DNA from: a virus
Lineage: Duplodnaviria; Heunggongvirae; Uroviricota; Caudoviricetes
Length of the DNA stretch: 64,000 nt
IMG/VR virus record: IMGVR_UViG_3300028797_000113
Strand: one strand, 5' to 3'
Below the pieces are notes generated by a model that worked only from the letters and a program-made list of their open reading frames with translations, did no database searches and was not told the origin of the DNA. Positions 55,231 to 64,000 of this stretch are shown piece by piece. The translations under genes were made by a program, and so were the position numbers. How positions within the stretch are numbered: the stretch's first letter is position 1; each line of letters starts with the position of its first letter.

Positions 55231-55977
55231 CTACCAGTCCCACATATCTGTGACTATCACAACAGGATAGCCATCTAGTGTGTCTGGAATATAAATATCT
55301 AAATTGCCAAAAGCCGCCAACCATTCATCTCTTTTAACAGACGTCACCCACGCCTTGCCTTCTTCGATAGTGTAATTAAAGAAGTTTTCATAAGCGGGAG
55401 GCATAACCAATTGAAGAAGCCTTCGTCTTAACAGATTGAGTTGCGCGCTCATTAGTTTGTCAGGGTTGAACACGGGAACAGGAGGTGGCGTACCGTAGTT
55501 AATAGCATTCTCAATTCCAGTTCCGTTTGTTTTGTAAGCGGTTAATTCTGCATTTGTTTCAAATATCGGGATATTCGTCGATAAAATGCACTGGTCCATT
55601 GTCTTGACCAAGTCTTTCCAACAATACACATTTGCAGGCAACGCCGAACAATTATCTCGCGTGACTAACGTAATAGCGCTGTAGCTTGCCGGACTTGAGC
55701 CTTCTCTATTTTGAGTATAGATTCTGGGATTGCTTATAAACGCACCTCTTTGTATAATTTCTTGCATTGAAAATCCCAGTCGGCCAGTTATAGTACCACT
55801 CACCGTGTCGCATTGTGACATACTATAATCGTCATCATATTCTCTCATTTTATAACGAAAATACACCCGAGGATCGTTAATGTAATCCTCGCCTGTACAA
55901 AGAAATTCATCCGTGGATACGGTTATGGTGCTACTGTAACCACACCCTGTGGTTACTGAATAATCAAAATGAGCCAT
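55231..55977 (-). CDS. fibre-associated protein (B part)
   Basis: 248 aa; C-terminus DEWLAAFGNLDIYIPDTLDGYPVV; ends TAG, in frame with downstream ATG. Confidence 0.55.
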   Translation of the reverse strand: MAHFDYSVTTGCGYSSTITVSTDEFLCTGEDYINDPRVYFRYKMREYDDDYSMSQCDTVSGTITGRLGFSMQEIIQRGAFISNPRIYTQNREGSSPASYSAITLVTRDNCSALPANVYCWKDLVKTMDQCILSTNIPIFETNAELTAYKTNGTGIENAINYGTPPPVPVFNPDKLMSAQLNLLRRRLLQLVMPPAYENFFNYTIEEGKAWVTSVKRDEWLAAFGNLDIYIPDTLDGYPVVIVTDMWDW

Positions 55978-56453
55978 TATCTTCTCTTAAACCACATACA
56001 GTCTAACCTTAAGAAAGACAATTCATAAGTCGAGTTAGGCTGAAATGATGGATGTCCTCCTTCCCATCTAAAATCTATACCCGAATCGGGCAATGACTGA
56101 ACAAAGTTTACAGTCGGTACAGTTTCACCAAAATGCAAAATTAAATATATGTGCGCCCACGTAGCGATAGTCAGCGTAATATTCTGGTCTACATAAACCT
56201 CATAGGTGTTACCGTCTATGAGAGTGCCAGCCAAACTGTCGACCGCTTCCTGTACGTTGGTCGCATCTAATTCACTCGCGGTGTTGTCATATCTAATCAT
56301 GACCGCCGGGATGGGCGACGAACCGCCTTGCGGATCGGTAAGCAATGCGTACGCATCATCGAGAATACGCATATTTCTATTCCAAGTGCTGATATTAAAG
56401 TTTTCTGATTCTGCGGGTAATATTAACCCTAAGTTCGGACTTGTCTTTGCCAT
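55977..56453 (-). CDS. fibre-associated adaptor protein (A part)
   Basis: MAKTSPNLGLILPAESENFNISTWNRNMRILDDAY paralogous to the N-terminus of the 52447 ORF. Confidence 0.55.
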   Translation of the reverse strand: MAKTSPNLGLILPAESENFNISTWNRNMRILDDAYALLTDPQGGSSPIPAVMIRYDNTASELDATNVQEAVDSLAGTLIDGNTYEVYVDQNITLTIATWAHIYLILHFGETVPTVNFVQSLPDSGIDFRWEGGHPSFQPNSTYELSFLRLDCMWFKRR

Positions 56454-56482
56454 TATATTTCTCCTTTCGTTAATAATCTATG

Positions 56483-56510
56483 TAAAACAAAAAGAGAGCC
56501 GAAGCTCTCT
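56483..56510 (-). terminator. rho-independent terminator (minus strand)
   Basis: AGAGAGC-ttcg-GCTCTCT followed by TTTTTGTTTT on the minus strand. Confidence 0.55.
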
Positions 56511-56526
56511 AATTGTAATGTTTCCA

Positions 56527-56883
56527 TTATTGTTTTTCGATTGAGCGAATCGCATCCATGAAGGCTCTACGTTCTACTTCCGATGAAGCATTCTCCATCA
56601 TATGCTCAAGCTGTGCGATTTTGTCTTCTTTGCTATGTCTAGCATATCTGCCATAATCTCTTGTTTCGCCGTAAGCATAATTTCTGCCACTGTTCATCAT
56701 TCTTCCTCTGGAATAATCGCCATCTTCATTATAGCCTTTCATAGCGCGGATGGTTTCAATATAGTTCAGAGTCTTTACAGCCTTGTAGACATTGTCTAAT
56801 TCCGTAGGAGAGATTTCGCCCTTTTTAACTACCTGACCGACTTCATCTTCGAGCAGATAGCCTAAGTCTGTTAGTACGTGCAT
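56527..56883 (-). CDS. hypothetical structural-module protein
   Basis: 118 aa; SD on minus strand. Confidence 0.5.
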   Translation of the reverse strand: MHVLTDLGYLLEDEVGQVVKKGEISPTELDNVYKAVKTLNYIETIRAMKGYNEDGDYSRGRMMNSGRNYAYGETRDYGRYARHSKEDKIAQLEHMMENASSEVERRAFMDAIRSIEKQ

Positions 56884-56895
56884 ATCTTACTCCTT

Positions 56896-57336
56896 TCAAG
56901 CGGTTCTCGTAATACGAACGGAACCATTATTTACGTTGATTGTCGGTGTGGGGGTTGCTTCTTCTGACACGTAGCGCACCGCTACGGTGAAACAACAACC
57001 GCGAGGGACTGTTATCGAAGTTGTACTGGTCAAATTTCCAAGGGTGTCTACATCAATGGGTGAATAGGTAGCAATACTTTCTTCCTTTACTTCTCCATTT
57101 TCCGTAATTCCAATCGAGATAGGCACTGCATCAGCAGCGTCTTCGGGGATTGAAACATTACCATTGAAAGTGACAATATATCTTGCGAAACAGTTATTTG
57201 TGATTCCTCTGAGAATAAAAATTCCTGAACCATCTTCGTGATAAATACCACCATTGGTACAAGGAATAGATGCGTTAAACGGAATGGCGCTATTTAAAGC
57301 GACACTGACCGGGTTATTAGCAATATATTCTGCCAT
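56896..57336 (-). CDS. beta-rich structural protein (possible fibre tip or exosporium-like domain)
   Basis: 146 aa, Thr/Ser/Asn/Gly/Ile-rich, CC pair. Confidence 0.45.
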   Translation of the reverse strand: MAEYIANNPVSVALNSAIPFNASIPCTNGGIYHEDGSGIFILRGITNNCFARYIVTFNGNVSIPEDAADAVPISIGITENGEVKEESIATYSPIDVDTLGNLTSTTSITVPRGCCFTVAVRYVSEEATPTPTINVNNGSVRITRTA

Positions 57337-57348
57337 AGGATCACCCCC

Positions 57349-58158
57349 CTACATACCACATCCACATCCACCGTTAGAACAGGAGAAGATATTTGTCTTT
57401 CCATATACGGGAACTGCGGGTACGGGACAGTTAGATAATCTTGTATATAAGTTATCTACAACATTATTCTGTGACTGAATAAGTTGTGCTGTTTGTGCAG
57501 TCTGTGATGCATTAAGGGTTGCCATATTAAGTTGTGTTCTGAGATTGTCATTCTCTCTCTTGAAACCGTCTAACTCCAAAGCACATAACTTGTCCAAAAT
57601 GGCCTGCGTATTAGCCGTATTACTTGCTATGATATTGCGAACGCCATCTGTGACCGCTGCCCTGTCTGCACAGTTTTCCGTTGCAACAGTATATTTCAGG
57701 TCTCCAATATTTGCTCTGTTTTCGCAGCAACAATTCTGAAGGCTCATTGCAAGTGTGTTTAACTGTCCTGAGAGTGCCTGACTATCTGCATATCTCTGGT
57801 TCATAGAAGCAATTTGATTGGTGTATGCGGTCTGCATAGCGTCCATTGCTCTGTTGCAATCTGATATCTCAGAAGTTGCAAAACCATTAGAGATTGATGT
57901 TTGAATGCCATTTAACTGGCTTGAAATACTTGCGGTATCAAAGCCTCTGTTAACGTCATTCTGGGTTGCTGTATTCCACATATAAGGAAGAACGCCTTCG
58001 TTACCGCCAAAGCCACCGCCGAATCCGTTACCCCATCCACCCATCAGAGCGAAAAGGAAAAGAATTACAAACCAGCCGCCGAAGCCGTCGCCGAAACCAC
58101 CGTTACTACCACACATAGGAGATACAGGCATAATCATGTTTTGATTGTCTGATAACAT
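57349..58158 (-). CDS. Gly/Cys-rich membrane protein
   Basis: GGFGDGFGGWFVILFLFALMGGWGNGFGGGFGG, NCCCENR, C-terminal CSNGGCGCGM; Gln/Asn/Thr-rich coiled middle. Confidence 0.5.
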   Translation of the reverse strand: MLSDNQNMIMPVSPMCGSNGGFGDGFGGWFVILFLFALMGGWGNGFGGGFGGNEGVLPYMWNTATQNDVNRGFDTASISSQLNGIQTSISNGFATSEISDCNRAMDAMQTAYTNQIASMNQRYADSQALSGQLNTLAMSLQNCCCENRANIGDLKYTVATENCADRAAVTDGVRNIIASNTANTQAILDKLCALELDGFKRENDNLRTQLNMATLNASQTAQTAQLIQSQNNVVDNLYTRLSNCPVPAVPVYGKTNIFSCSNGGCGCGM

Positions 58159-58248
58159 AATTTGTCCTTTCTACCATTTCGGTTAGTGGCTCATCTCTTA
58201 ACGATGAGTCAGTTTTTTATTTATAACTTTTTGCGCAAAGTAGTTATA

Positions 58249-58479
58249 TCAGAACTTAAATCCAAACATTCGGGCTAATTGCATTAATTGATTTAACTTG
58301 TTTTGAGAAAGTTTCCCACTGTTCATTAATCTTTGTACGATCATCTGTGGGTTTTGTAGTTCTTCCTCGGTAACATCCGCGTTATGCTCTATTAAATATT
58401 GCATCGGATTGTTTTGAAATTTACCATATTCGCTCATTATATTATTATTCTGAGCAACATTAAAAAGATTATTTGGCAT
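58249..58479 (-). CDS. hypothetical protein
   Basis: 76 aa. Confidence 0.45.
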   Translation of the reverse strand: MPNNLFNVAQNNNIMSEYGKFQNNPMQYLIEHNADVTEEELQNPQMIVQRLMNSGKLSQNKLNQLMQLARMFGFKF

Positions 58480-58840
58480 CCGCTTTCTCCTTTACTGATT
58501 TCTTTTCAGGTTCGGGTTTTTTATTCATCAATTCAAGCAGAGTGTCTAACTTCTCGTTGAATGCCGTAATGGTTGAATCCCATAAATCTTTTTCAATATA
58601 ATTTTTGTCGTCTGACTTAGGAGTCGTGTCTCGTTCCATATAGTCGTATATCCTAAGTGGAAGAGGGCGGCCCATTATGTCGACTGATTTCACATAAAAG
58701 GTGTTTGCTTCTGAATCAAAGATAGGCAATGTGTGTCCGGGCGCTACGGGAAATGATTTGGCTCCCGCTTCTCCTTGACACCAAGCCATATCGTTGGTTT
58801 GATTTTGTTGATAATTTTGCTGATAATAAGGATTGTACAT
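58469..58840 (-). CDS. hypothetical protein
   Basis: 123 aa; Gln/Asn-rich N-terminus. Confidence 0.5.
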   Translation of the reverse strand: MYNPYYQQNYQQNQTNDMAWCQGEAGAKSFPVAPGHTLPIFDSEANTFYVKSVDIMGRPLPLRIYDYMERDTTPKSDDKNYIEKDLWDSTITAFNEKLDTLLELMNKKPEPEKKSVKEKADAK

Positions 58841-58843
58841 TAA

Positions 58844-59251
58844 TTATTCCTCCGACCAATAGAATAGTGGAATTTCATCTCCAGAATCGTACGTGTCATA
58901 ATAATTCCCATTGATAACAGAAATAACATGACCGTCAATATAGAGAATGAATTTTCCTCTAGCGTTATCTCTACAGAAATCTTTTACCGTGTAACAGTCG
59001 GGGCAAGTATTCGGTATAATGTGTCTTTTATAGCCGTTCTGTTTTAAGTATGCACCCCATACATTATTGCTTGAAGGCATATCTTTTAATATCTTACCCA
59101 TCCGTGTTACATCGTCGTACACATCTACCCAATCCATATCCATCACATTGGCTATAGCTCTTATAACGCAATCGCCTGCGTGTTTGTTGTATGGATTTAG
59201 GTTTCGATAAATGTACATAATTACCTCCGGGGAAGACAGCGAACGAGCCAA
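58844..59251 (-). CDS. putative papain-like Cys-His peptidase
   Basis: HAGDCVIRAIANV (candidate nucleophile Cys) and YIDGHVISVINGNYYDTYD (candidate His/Asp). Confidence 0.35.
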   Translation of the reverse strand: MARSLSSPEVIMYIYRNLNPYNKHAGDCVIRAIANVMDMDWVDVYDDVTRMGKILKDMPSSNNVWGAYLKQNGYKRHIIPNTCPDCYTVKDFCRDNARGKFILYIDGHVISVINGNYYDTYDSGDEIPLFYWSEE

Positions 59252-59324
59252 CCTCGTTTACGTAAGGACTAAATTTTTCCACGGTCTATTGACACATATC
59301 CCGTTCGCTTATCTTGAAATAATC

Positions 59325-59362
59325 ATACAACAAAAAGGACTCTATGATTTACAGAGTCCTTT
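59325..59362 (-). terminator. rho-independent terminator (minus strand)
   Basis: AAAGGACTCT-9 nt-AGAGTCCTTT followed by TTGTTG on minus strand and ACTTTTT on plus. Confidence 0.5.
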
Positions 59363-59406
59363 CATACTTTTTATCATAAACTTATAACAAACTTACAAAA
59401 AAATTG

Positions 59407-60153
59407 TTATACAAGTGGCACGAACTTAATTCTTGCACCACTTGATTTGCGCACATATTTACATTTCATGCCGCATTTAACAAATACTTCTTTAGAATGT
59501 ATGTTGATTTGAGGCATCTTCTCTAATACAAAGAAAGATTTTTCACTAGCCCCATAAATCTGTACCGATGCAAATTCTTGCTCATTATCAAACTCAAGCA
59601 TTATGTAACCATCCGTAGGAAAGACAAACATATCTGAGTCATTTGTTATCTCTACGACTTTTCCAAAATCGTTATGAGTTATATCAGGTTTGTTATCCCA
59701 ATATTCCATATCCTCATCCGTAATTGACATTGTTGCAAACGGCAATTCAGATACTGGCCTAATACCATCGCCGATTTTTATTCGGGGAATATCGCCCAAT
59801 TTATCATCCGTTCTATAATCCAAGTAAATATACAACACACCTTGCGTCGACATATAGTCCGGGATTCTAGTCCATTCAGACATTGTATGAGCAACGATAC
59901 ATCTGCCACAACTACCTCCCGCTTGTGTCATATTTGTTGGGGAGACATGAGATACCAGCACGTCAAATATCTTGCTTCTTATTCTCTTTAAATCATTAGC
60001 AACCGTCGACGACGATATGTTTAATTGATCCGCTATTTGAAAATCAAGATGCTCTGAAGCTTTGAGTTCAAATATCTGAGCTTCTCGTTCCGTAAAATTA
60101 CATTCCTTACGAAATAAATCTTTTTGATATGGCGAAAAATCGTGTATCTTCAT
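59407..60153 (-). CDS. LuxR/GerE-type HTH (sigma region-4-like) domain protein with unknown C-terminal domain
   Basis: FTEREAQIFELKASEHLDFQIADQLNISSSTVANDLKRIRSKI at the N-terminus. Confidence 0.55.
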   Translation of the reverse strand: MKIHDFSPYQKDLFRKECNFTEREAQIFELKASEHLDFQIADQLNISSSTVANDLKRIRSKIFDVLVSHVSPTNMTQAGGSCGRCIVAHTMSEWTRIPDYMSTQGVLYIYLDYRTDDKLGDIPRIKIGDGIRPVSELPFATMSITDEDMEYWDNKPDITHNDFGKVVEITNDSDMFVFPTDGYIMLEFDNEQEFASVQIYGASEKSFFVLEKMPQINIHSKEVFVKCGMKCKYVRKSSGARIKFVPLV

Positions 60154-60168
60154 CCTTTTAATCCTTTC

Positions 60169-60203
60169 ACTTAAATGCGGGGACGCCGATTAAACGCCCC
60201 CGC
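60169..60203 (-). other. GC-rich intergenic hairpin
   Basis: GCGGGGACG...CGCCCCCGC imperfect 9-bp stem between two minus-strand genes; no clean U-run. Confidence 0.3.
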
Positions 60204-60210
60204 CGATCAA

Positions 60211-60441
60211 TTATTCTTCTTCGGGTTCAGGTGTTACTACGGGATGAGCATACATTCTGTATTCCTGTTCAACACCTTCGCTTGTTAAGATTACCGCACC
60301 GTGTGACTCTACCGAAGAAATAGCGGCAGCCGCAAGAATGTTATGATAAGCATTCTGTGCTAAAAGATATGTGTCATACACATTAACAATAGTTGCTACT
60401 GTACCAGCATTATTCTGGATTTCCATTACAATGTACTTCAT
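60211..60441 (-). CDS. hypothetical protein
   Basis: 76 aa immediately downstream of the fibre gene. Confidence 0.5.
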   Translation of the reverse strand: MKYIVMEIQNNAGTVATIVNVYDTYLLAQNAYHNILAAAAISSVESHGAVILTSEGVEQEYRMYAHPVVTPEPEEE

Positions 60442-60443
60442 AA

Positions 60444-63400
60444 TTAGTTACCTCCATTTAACATTGCTTTTATTTGTGCGAGTTCGTTCTTTAACTCGGC
60501 AAGTTCGGTTTTTAACTCAGTAAGTTCTTCTTGCTGAAGTTGAATTGTTTTAATGGCAGGCGCCATAAATTCTTCATAACGCAAACCATAACGATATTCT
60601 CCTTCAACAGGCATATCGTCTTTAATAGATACACCATTTTCTTCTCTCATATATGGAACTGTCTTTTGGTCTTTACAGAAACCGCCAAAGTCCTTGGCAG
60701 TCATTCCAAGTTCTGCCATTTCTTCTTCAACGTCTTGAGCGATCATACCATAGTGAGTTCTATCAGACTTGCCGTTGATATACTTATATGATACGGGGTT
60801 GAGTGCCATGATGAAATCTCTTGCAGATTCATCAAGCGGCTTAATATCTTTTTTCTCATTGCGGTCCGATGTGGAAATGGCTGAATTGGTTGAGTATATT
60901 TGTCCCCAACGGTAGTTAGGTCCGCCTAATAGTATGCCATAAGCCGTGGCACCGTCTGATTCAGGTGCAAGTGCCCAATATGCACTACTACCATTTTTTC
61001 TTACACCAAAAATAACAGCAAAGTTGGCCTCATTTGACGCTCTCAAATACAAGAGCTGACTTGACGGTGCCTCTATCATGCCATTGGTAGTGGTATTAAG
61101 TATTAACCTATGCAGACCGGGGTTAAAAATTAACTCTCCAAAGCGCACTTGAGATGTATCTTCACTATTATTTGCATTATAACTATATAAAACTCTATAA
61201 TTTGCACTTGTAGAAGTGCTATTTCTTTTAACTTGATTATCGTGAGTGACATAACCCGGACCATTTGTAAGTTGATTAAGATTAGTTAAATTGCCGTTGT
61301 CAAAGAATGTTCCCGTTGTTTGGACCGTATAGCCATTAGTAGATTTGCCTTGCACGATGGCATATTGCATATGTATGCTGCTATCGTTAGGTAAAAATAA
61401 AGCATATAAACCTATATCATAACTTCCATTATTTGGTGCATTTTGAGACATCATAATAACTCTTGTCCAAGTGTTTGCCGTAATACCAACGCCAATGTTG
61501 GCAGTAATTTTAATTATACCGCTGAAACTTCTGCCATTACCTCTGCTTAAAAGATTTACGAAATCATTAAGAGAAGCGACCTCTAAACCAATATAGCAAG
61601 GAAAGGTTCTCTCCATTAGAGCCAATGTAGAATCAACACCAGTAGTAGGTAAAGTATATAGTCTGTCTGAATTATTTTCGGCGGGTAAAATATAATTGGC
61701 TTTACCGTTTGCAGCAAATAAGTTTATGATACCACGCACAGCACCAGCAGTACCATCTGCTATGCTATTACCACACCAAAGACCAGAATCTACGCTTGTA
61801 GTAGAGGTATGTTCTTTTGCTATTTGCATATAGCCATCATTTGGATTAACGCCAAAACAGTGATTTATACCTACAGGTTGGTCTTTATATCCGGACAACA
61901 GTGCCAAATACATCAGTCCCGATGAACCTGAAAGTCCATATACATATACTTTATTTGTAACAGAACTTATATATCCGTTTGAATATAAACCGATATTACT
62001 TGCATAACTCGAATAATCAATATAATTTTCAGCACTTGCTCCGGTCCATTCTGACCATTTAACTGGTGTATTTAATAATGTAACAGAACAGTTTTCACAT
62101 CTAAAAATATCTACTATTATAGTTCTATAATTTTCTGGACCATAATTACCTGCATTAATGAGTATTCCTATTGCTTGTCCATAACCTGCTGTATAACCCA
62201 CAGATGTCACTCTTCTAGGGATAATTCGATAATGTGAAAATGAAACTGCTTGATAGTTTCTTGAGCACCCCTCAATTGGAGTCTGTGCATCAGTCTGACT
62301 AATCTCCATCAAAGTATCTGTTCTCTGTTCAGGGTTATTAGCACAATATGACAAAACTCTACATTTAACACTCCAAGAAGCTCCATAACTATCTGGTCTA
62401 ACAGACATAAAATACCAGCCTTGCGTATCCGCATCCCCCGACACAACATATACATTAGTGCCGTTATATTCTTTATGAACGAGCGCCGTTTCTATTCCAT
62501 GGTTCCAGTCATACTTTTCTCCAGTTGTTACCAACGATACAGCCGTACCACTTTCTGCTTCTTGTTCGGAAGTATAAGTTGTATCTGTTGCAGATATAGT
62601 AATCTTATCATTAGTTGCATCTGGCGTAAGAGTTACATTACTTCCAGCAACTAATTCAAGCGTATCTGTTTTACTGTCTGCCTGAATAGTTGTGCTACCT
62701 ACTTTAACATTAGAGAAAGCGTTTTGGTTTACTTCTCCACCTATAGACATATCAACCAAACTTGTGCCGTTATATTTGAACCAAGTGTTCTGTTCATACA
62801 ATGTCGCACGTACGTTAGATGTTGTACTATCATATGCACCACCAACTAATACATAAACTTTGGTTGTATCGTTGGGCGTTTGAGTCCACCACACTTGGTC
62901 AAGGTAATATAAACCGTCTGTGACGTTGATGGTTCCCACTAAATAGATAGGAGCGTAAGGTGTTAAAGAACCAGATGCTCTTGTCGTATTAAATGCATAA
63001 CGTGTATCAAAGATACTTATTGAACTATATACCACATTCTGACCAGCGATATTGGTGTTAGCATTATAATTTGTATTACAGTACCAGATAGAACTACCTA
63101 CTTTAAAACCGTGACTATTTGCTATCTTAGTTGTTCCAGCCGTTCTATTATCTGCCGTAACCGTTCCATCAGATGCCGTACATATACTTTGATATGTTCC
63201 ATTTATATCTTCCATAAACAGACCAGCATTCCACACGCCAACGGCACCTGTCTTGCCAGAAAAGTAAGCAATTCTGTTTTCTGTAACAGTATTGGCATCA
63301 CCAGTCTCTTGCAGACCTCTATCAATCGCATTGAAGTAAGACAGGCTTCCGTAGTTAGTAGTTCCAGTACCAGTCCAGTCTGTCCATTTCACTGGCGTAT

Positions 63401-64000
63401 CAAGAATGGTAACAGTACAATTTTCACATTCATAATAATCTAATTCGAATGTTCTATAATAACTTGCCGTCGTTGGTTTATCTCCATTATAAAAACTAAT
63501 ACCGATGGCGTGACCATACCCAGCCGTATATCCAGCAGATTTCAAAGGATGGTAGGGGATATAAGTGTGTGCTTTATTATATCTTTCATTCCAGTCACAA
63601 TAGATTAATCCATCAGCACGACCACTTGCCGTTACATAAGTAATAGAGTCGTACGTTGCATCGGCAGGGCAATAACTACGAATTTTGAATTTTACTCTCC
63701 AAGGCTTCTGCCACGTATCAGGTCTTACAGACATAAAATACCAAGAGGTATTAGCCCAATCATTTGCAGTACCATAATAACTCGTACTTGCATAGGTTTT
63801 GCTTATCAAAGGCTTGAGGTCACCATAATGCTGAGCAAAATCTTCGAACGTACCTTTCGGTGTTAACGCCTTATTAGTTGTACTTCCGTCAAATGACACG
63901 GAAGTTCTTGCAACTTTGTTGCTATCTGAACTATCTGTAACAACAAGTTTATCTCCACTGGCTACTGTAATATCATTTGTCTGCAAAGCACCACCATTAG
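60444..64000 (-). CDS. large tail fibre / tailspike protein with C-terminal S74 intramolecular-chaperone domain (5' end outside window)
   Basis: ORF open to window edge; internal duplicated about 140-aa domain; C-terminus SDRNEKKDIKPL...YGMIAQDVEE plus coiled coil ELTELKTELAELKNELAQIK typical of endosialidase-type chaperone domains. Confidence 0.7.
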   Translation of the reverse strand, partial: NGGALQTNDITVASGDKLVVTDSSDSNKVARTSVSFDGSTTNKALTPKGTFEDFAQHYGDLKPLISKTYASTSYYGTANDWANTSWYFMSVRPDTWQKPWRVKFKIRSYCPADATYDSITYVTASGRADGLIYCDWNERYNKAHTYIPYHPLKSAGYTAGYGHAIGISFYNGDKPTTASYYRTFELDYYECENCTVTILDTPVKWTDWTGTGTTNYGSLSYFNAIDRGLQETGDANTVTENRIAYFSGKTGAVGVWNAGLFMEDINGTYQSICTASDGTVTADNRTAGTTKIANSHGFKVGSSIWYCNTNYNANTNIAGQNVVYSSISIFDTRYAFNTTRASGSLTPYAPIYLVGTINVTDGLYYLDQVWWTQTPNDTTKVYVLVGGAYDSTTSNVRATLYEQNTWFKYNGTSLVDMSIGGEVNQNAFSNVKVGSTTIQADSKTDTLELVAGSNVTLTPDATNDKITISATDTTYTSEQEAESGTAVSLVTTGEKYDWNHGIETALVHKEYNGTNVYVVSGDADTQGWYFMSVRPDSYGASWSVKCRVLSYCANNPEQRTDTLMEISQTDAQTPIEGCSRNYQAVSFSHYRIIPRRVTSVGYTAGYGQAIGILINAGNYGPENYRTIIVDIFRCENCSVTLLNTPVKWSEWTGASAENYIDYSSYASNIGLYSNGYISSVTNKVYVYGLSGSSGLMYLALLSGYKDQPVGINHCFGVNPNDGYMQIAKEHTSTTSVDSGLWCGNSIADGTAGAVRGIINLFAANGKANYILPAENNSDRLYTLPTTGVDSTLALMERTFPCYIGLEVASLNDFVNLLSRGNGRSFSGIIKITANIGVGITANTWTRVIMMSQNAPNNGSYDIGLYALFLPNDSSIHMQYAIVQGKSTNGYTVQTTGTFFDNGNLTNLNQLTNGPGYVTHDNQVKRNSTSTSANYRVLYSYNANNSEDTSQVRFGELIFNPGLHRLILNTTTNGMIEAPSSQLLYLRASNEANFAVIFGVRKNGSSAYWALAPESDGATAYGILLGGPNYRWGQIYSTNSAISTSDRNEKKDIKPLDESARDFIMALNPVSYKYINGKSDRTHYGMIAQDVEEEMAELGMTAKDFGGFCKDQKTVPYMREENGVSIKDDMPVEGEYRYGLRYEEFMAPAIKTIQLQQEELTELKTELAELKNELAQIKAMLNGGN

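Noticed and set aside
1-64000. Genome-wide TAG reassignment (stop-codon recoding) suggested by the CUA tRNA
   Set aside because: Primase-helicase, DnaE and fibre ORFs are intact under the standard code. TAG closes at least eight well-delimited genes that are followed immediately by an SD and start of the next gene. The suppressor is therefore kept as a finding without claiming recoding.

Overview
The window is a 64-kb piece of a tailed phage or prophage of a low-GC Gram-positive host. The host call rests on about 37% GC, strong aaggagg Shine-Dalgarno sites before nearly every gene, a SleB-type cell-wall hydrolase and a GerE/LuxR-type HTH protein. Positions 1-50,350 are one long + strand block of tightly packed, often start/stop-overlapping genes for early, replication and accessory functions. 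They include many unannotatable small proteins, several of them very acidic or Cys-rich, and a HicA-like protein. A lysogeny-like island follows (tyrosine integrase to ImmA-like HExxH protease, then a terminator). Next come Dam and MT-A70 methyltransferases, an AT-rich palindromic element and a sigma70-type promoter in front of an ERF single-strand annealing protein, and an HNH-like protein. A DUF2828/vWA protein is followed by a tRNA cluster: canonical tRNA-Asn(GTT), an amber-suppressor tRNA(CTA) and tRNA-Gln(TTG), with non-canonical tRNA-like elements between them. Then SSB, a Zn-finger protein, a C5-MTase-like protein with a degenerate motif I, a dATP/dGTP diphosphohydrolase-like protein, a Gp157-like protein and a T7 gp4-like primase-helicase. 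An HflK/HflC-like pair and a small ABC-type ATPase cluster follow. Positions 35.6-39.6 kb hold a dense array of mosaic small-protein genes joined by a conserved junction sequence. After that come an RlmN/Cfr-like radical-SAM enzyme, a short DnaE-type polymerase, a NifS-like cysteine desulfurase, the SleB-like hydrolase, dUTPase and an Xis-like HTH. A bidirectional terminator at about 50.5 kb separates this block from a convergent - strand structural block (50.5-64 kb). That block has two paralogous cassettes of a small adaptor plus a BspA-type LRR fibre protein. It also has a Gly/Cys-rich membrane protein, a putative Cys-His peptidase, the GerE/LuxR HTH protein and a 5'-truncated large tail fibre/tailspike with a C-terminal S74 intramolecular-chaperone domain. 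No rRNA, CRISPR array or transposase was seen. Coordinates I derived by counting displayed bases may be off by 1-2 nt; at least one 1-nt display inconsistency was detected near 52.4 kb.
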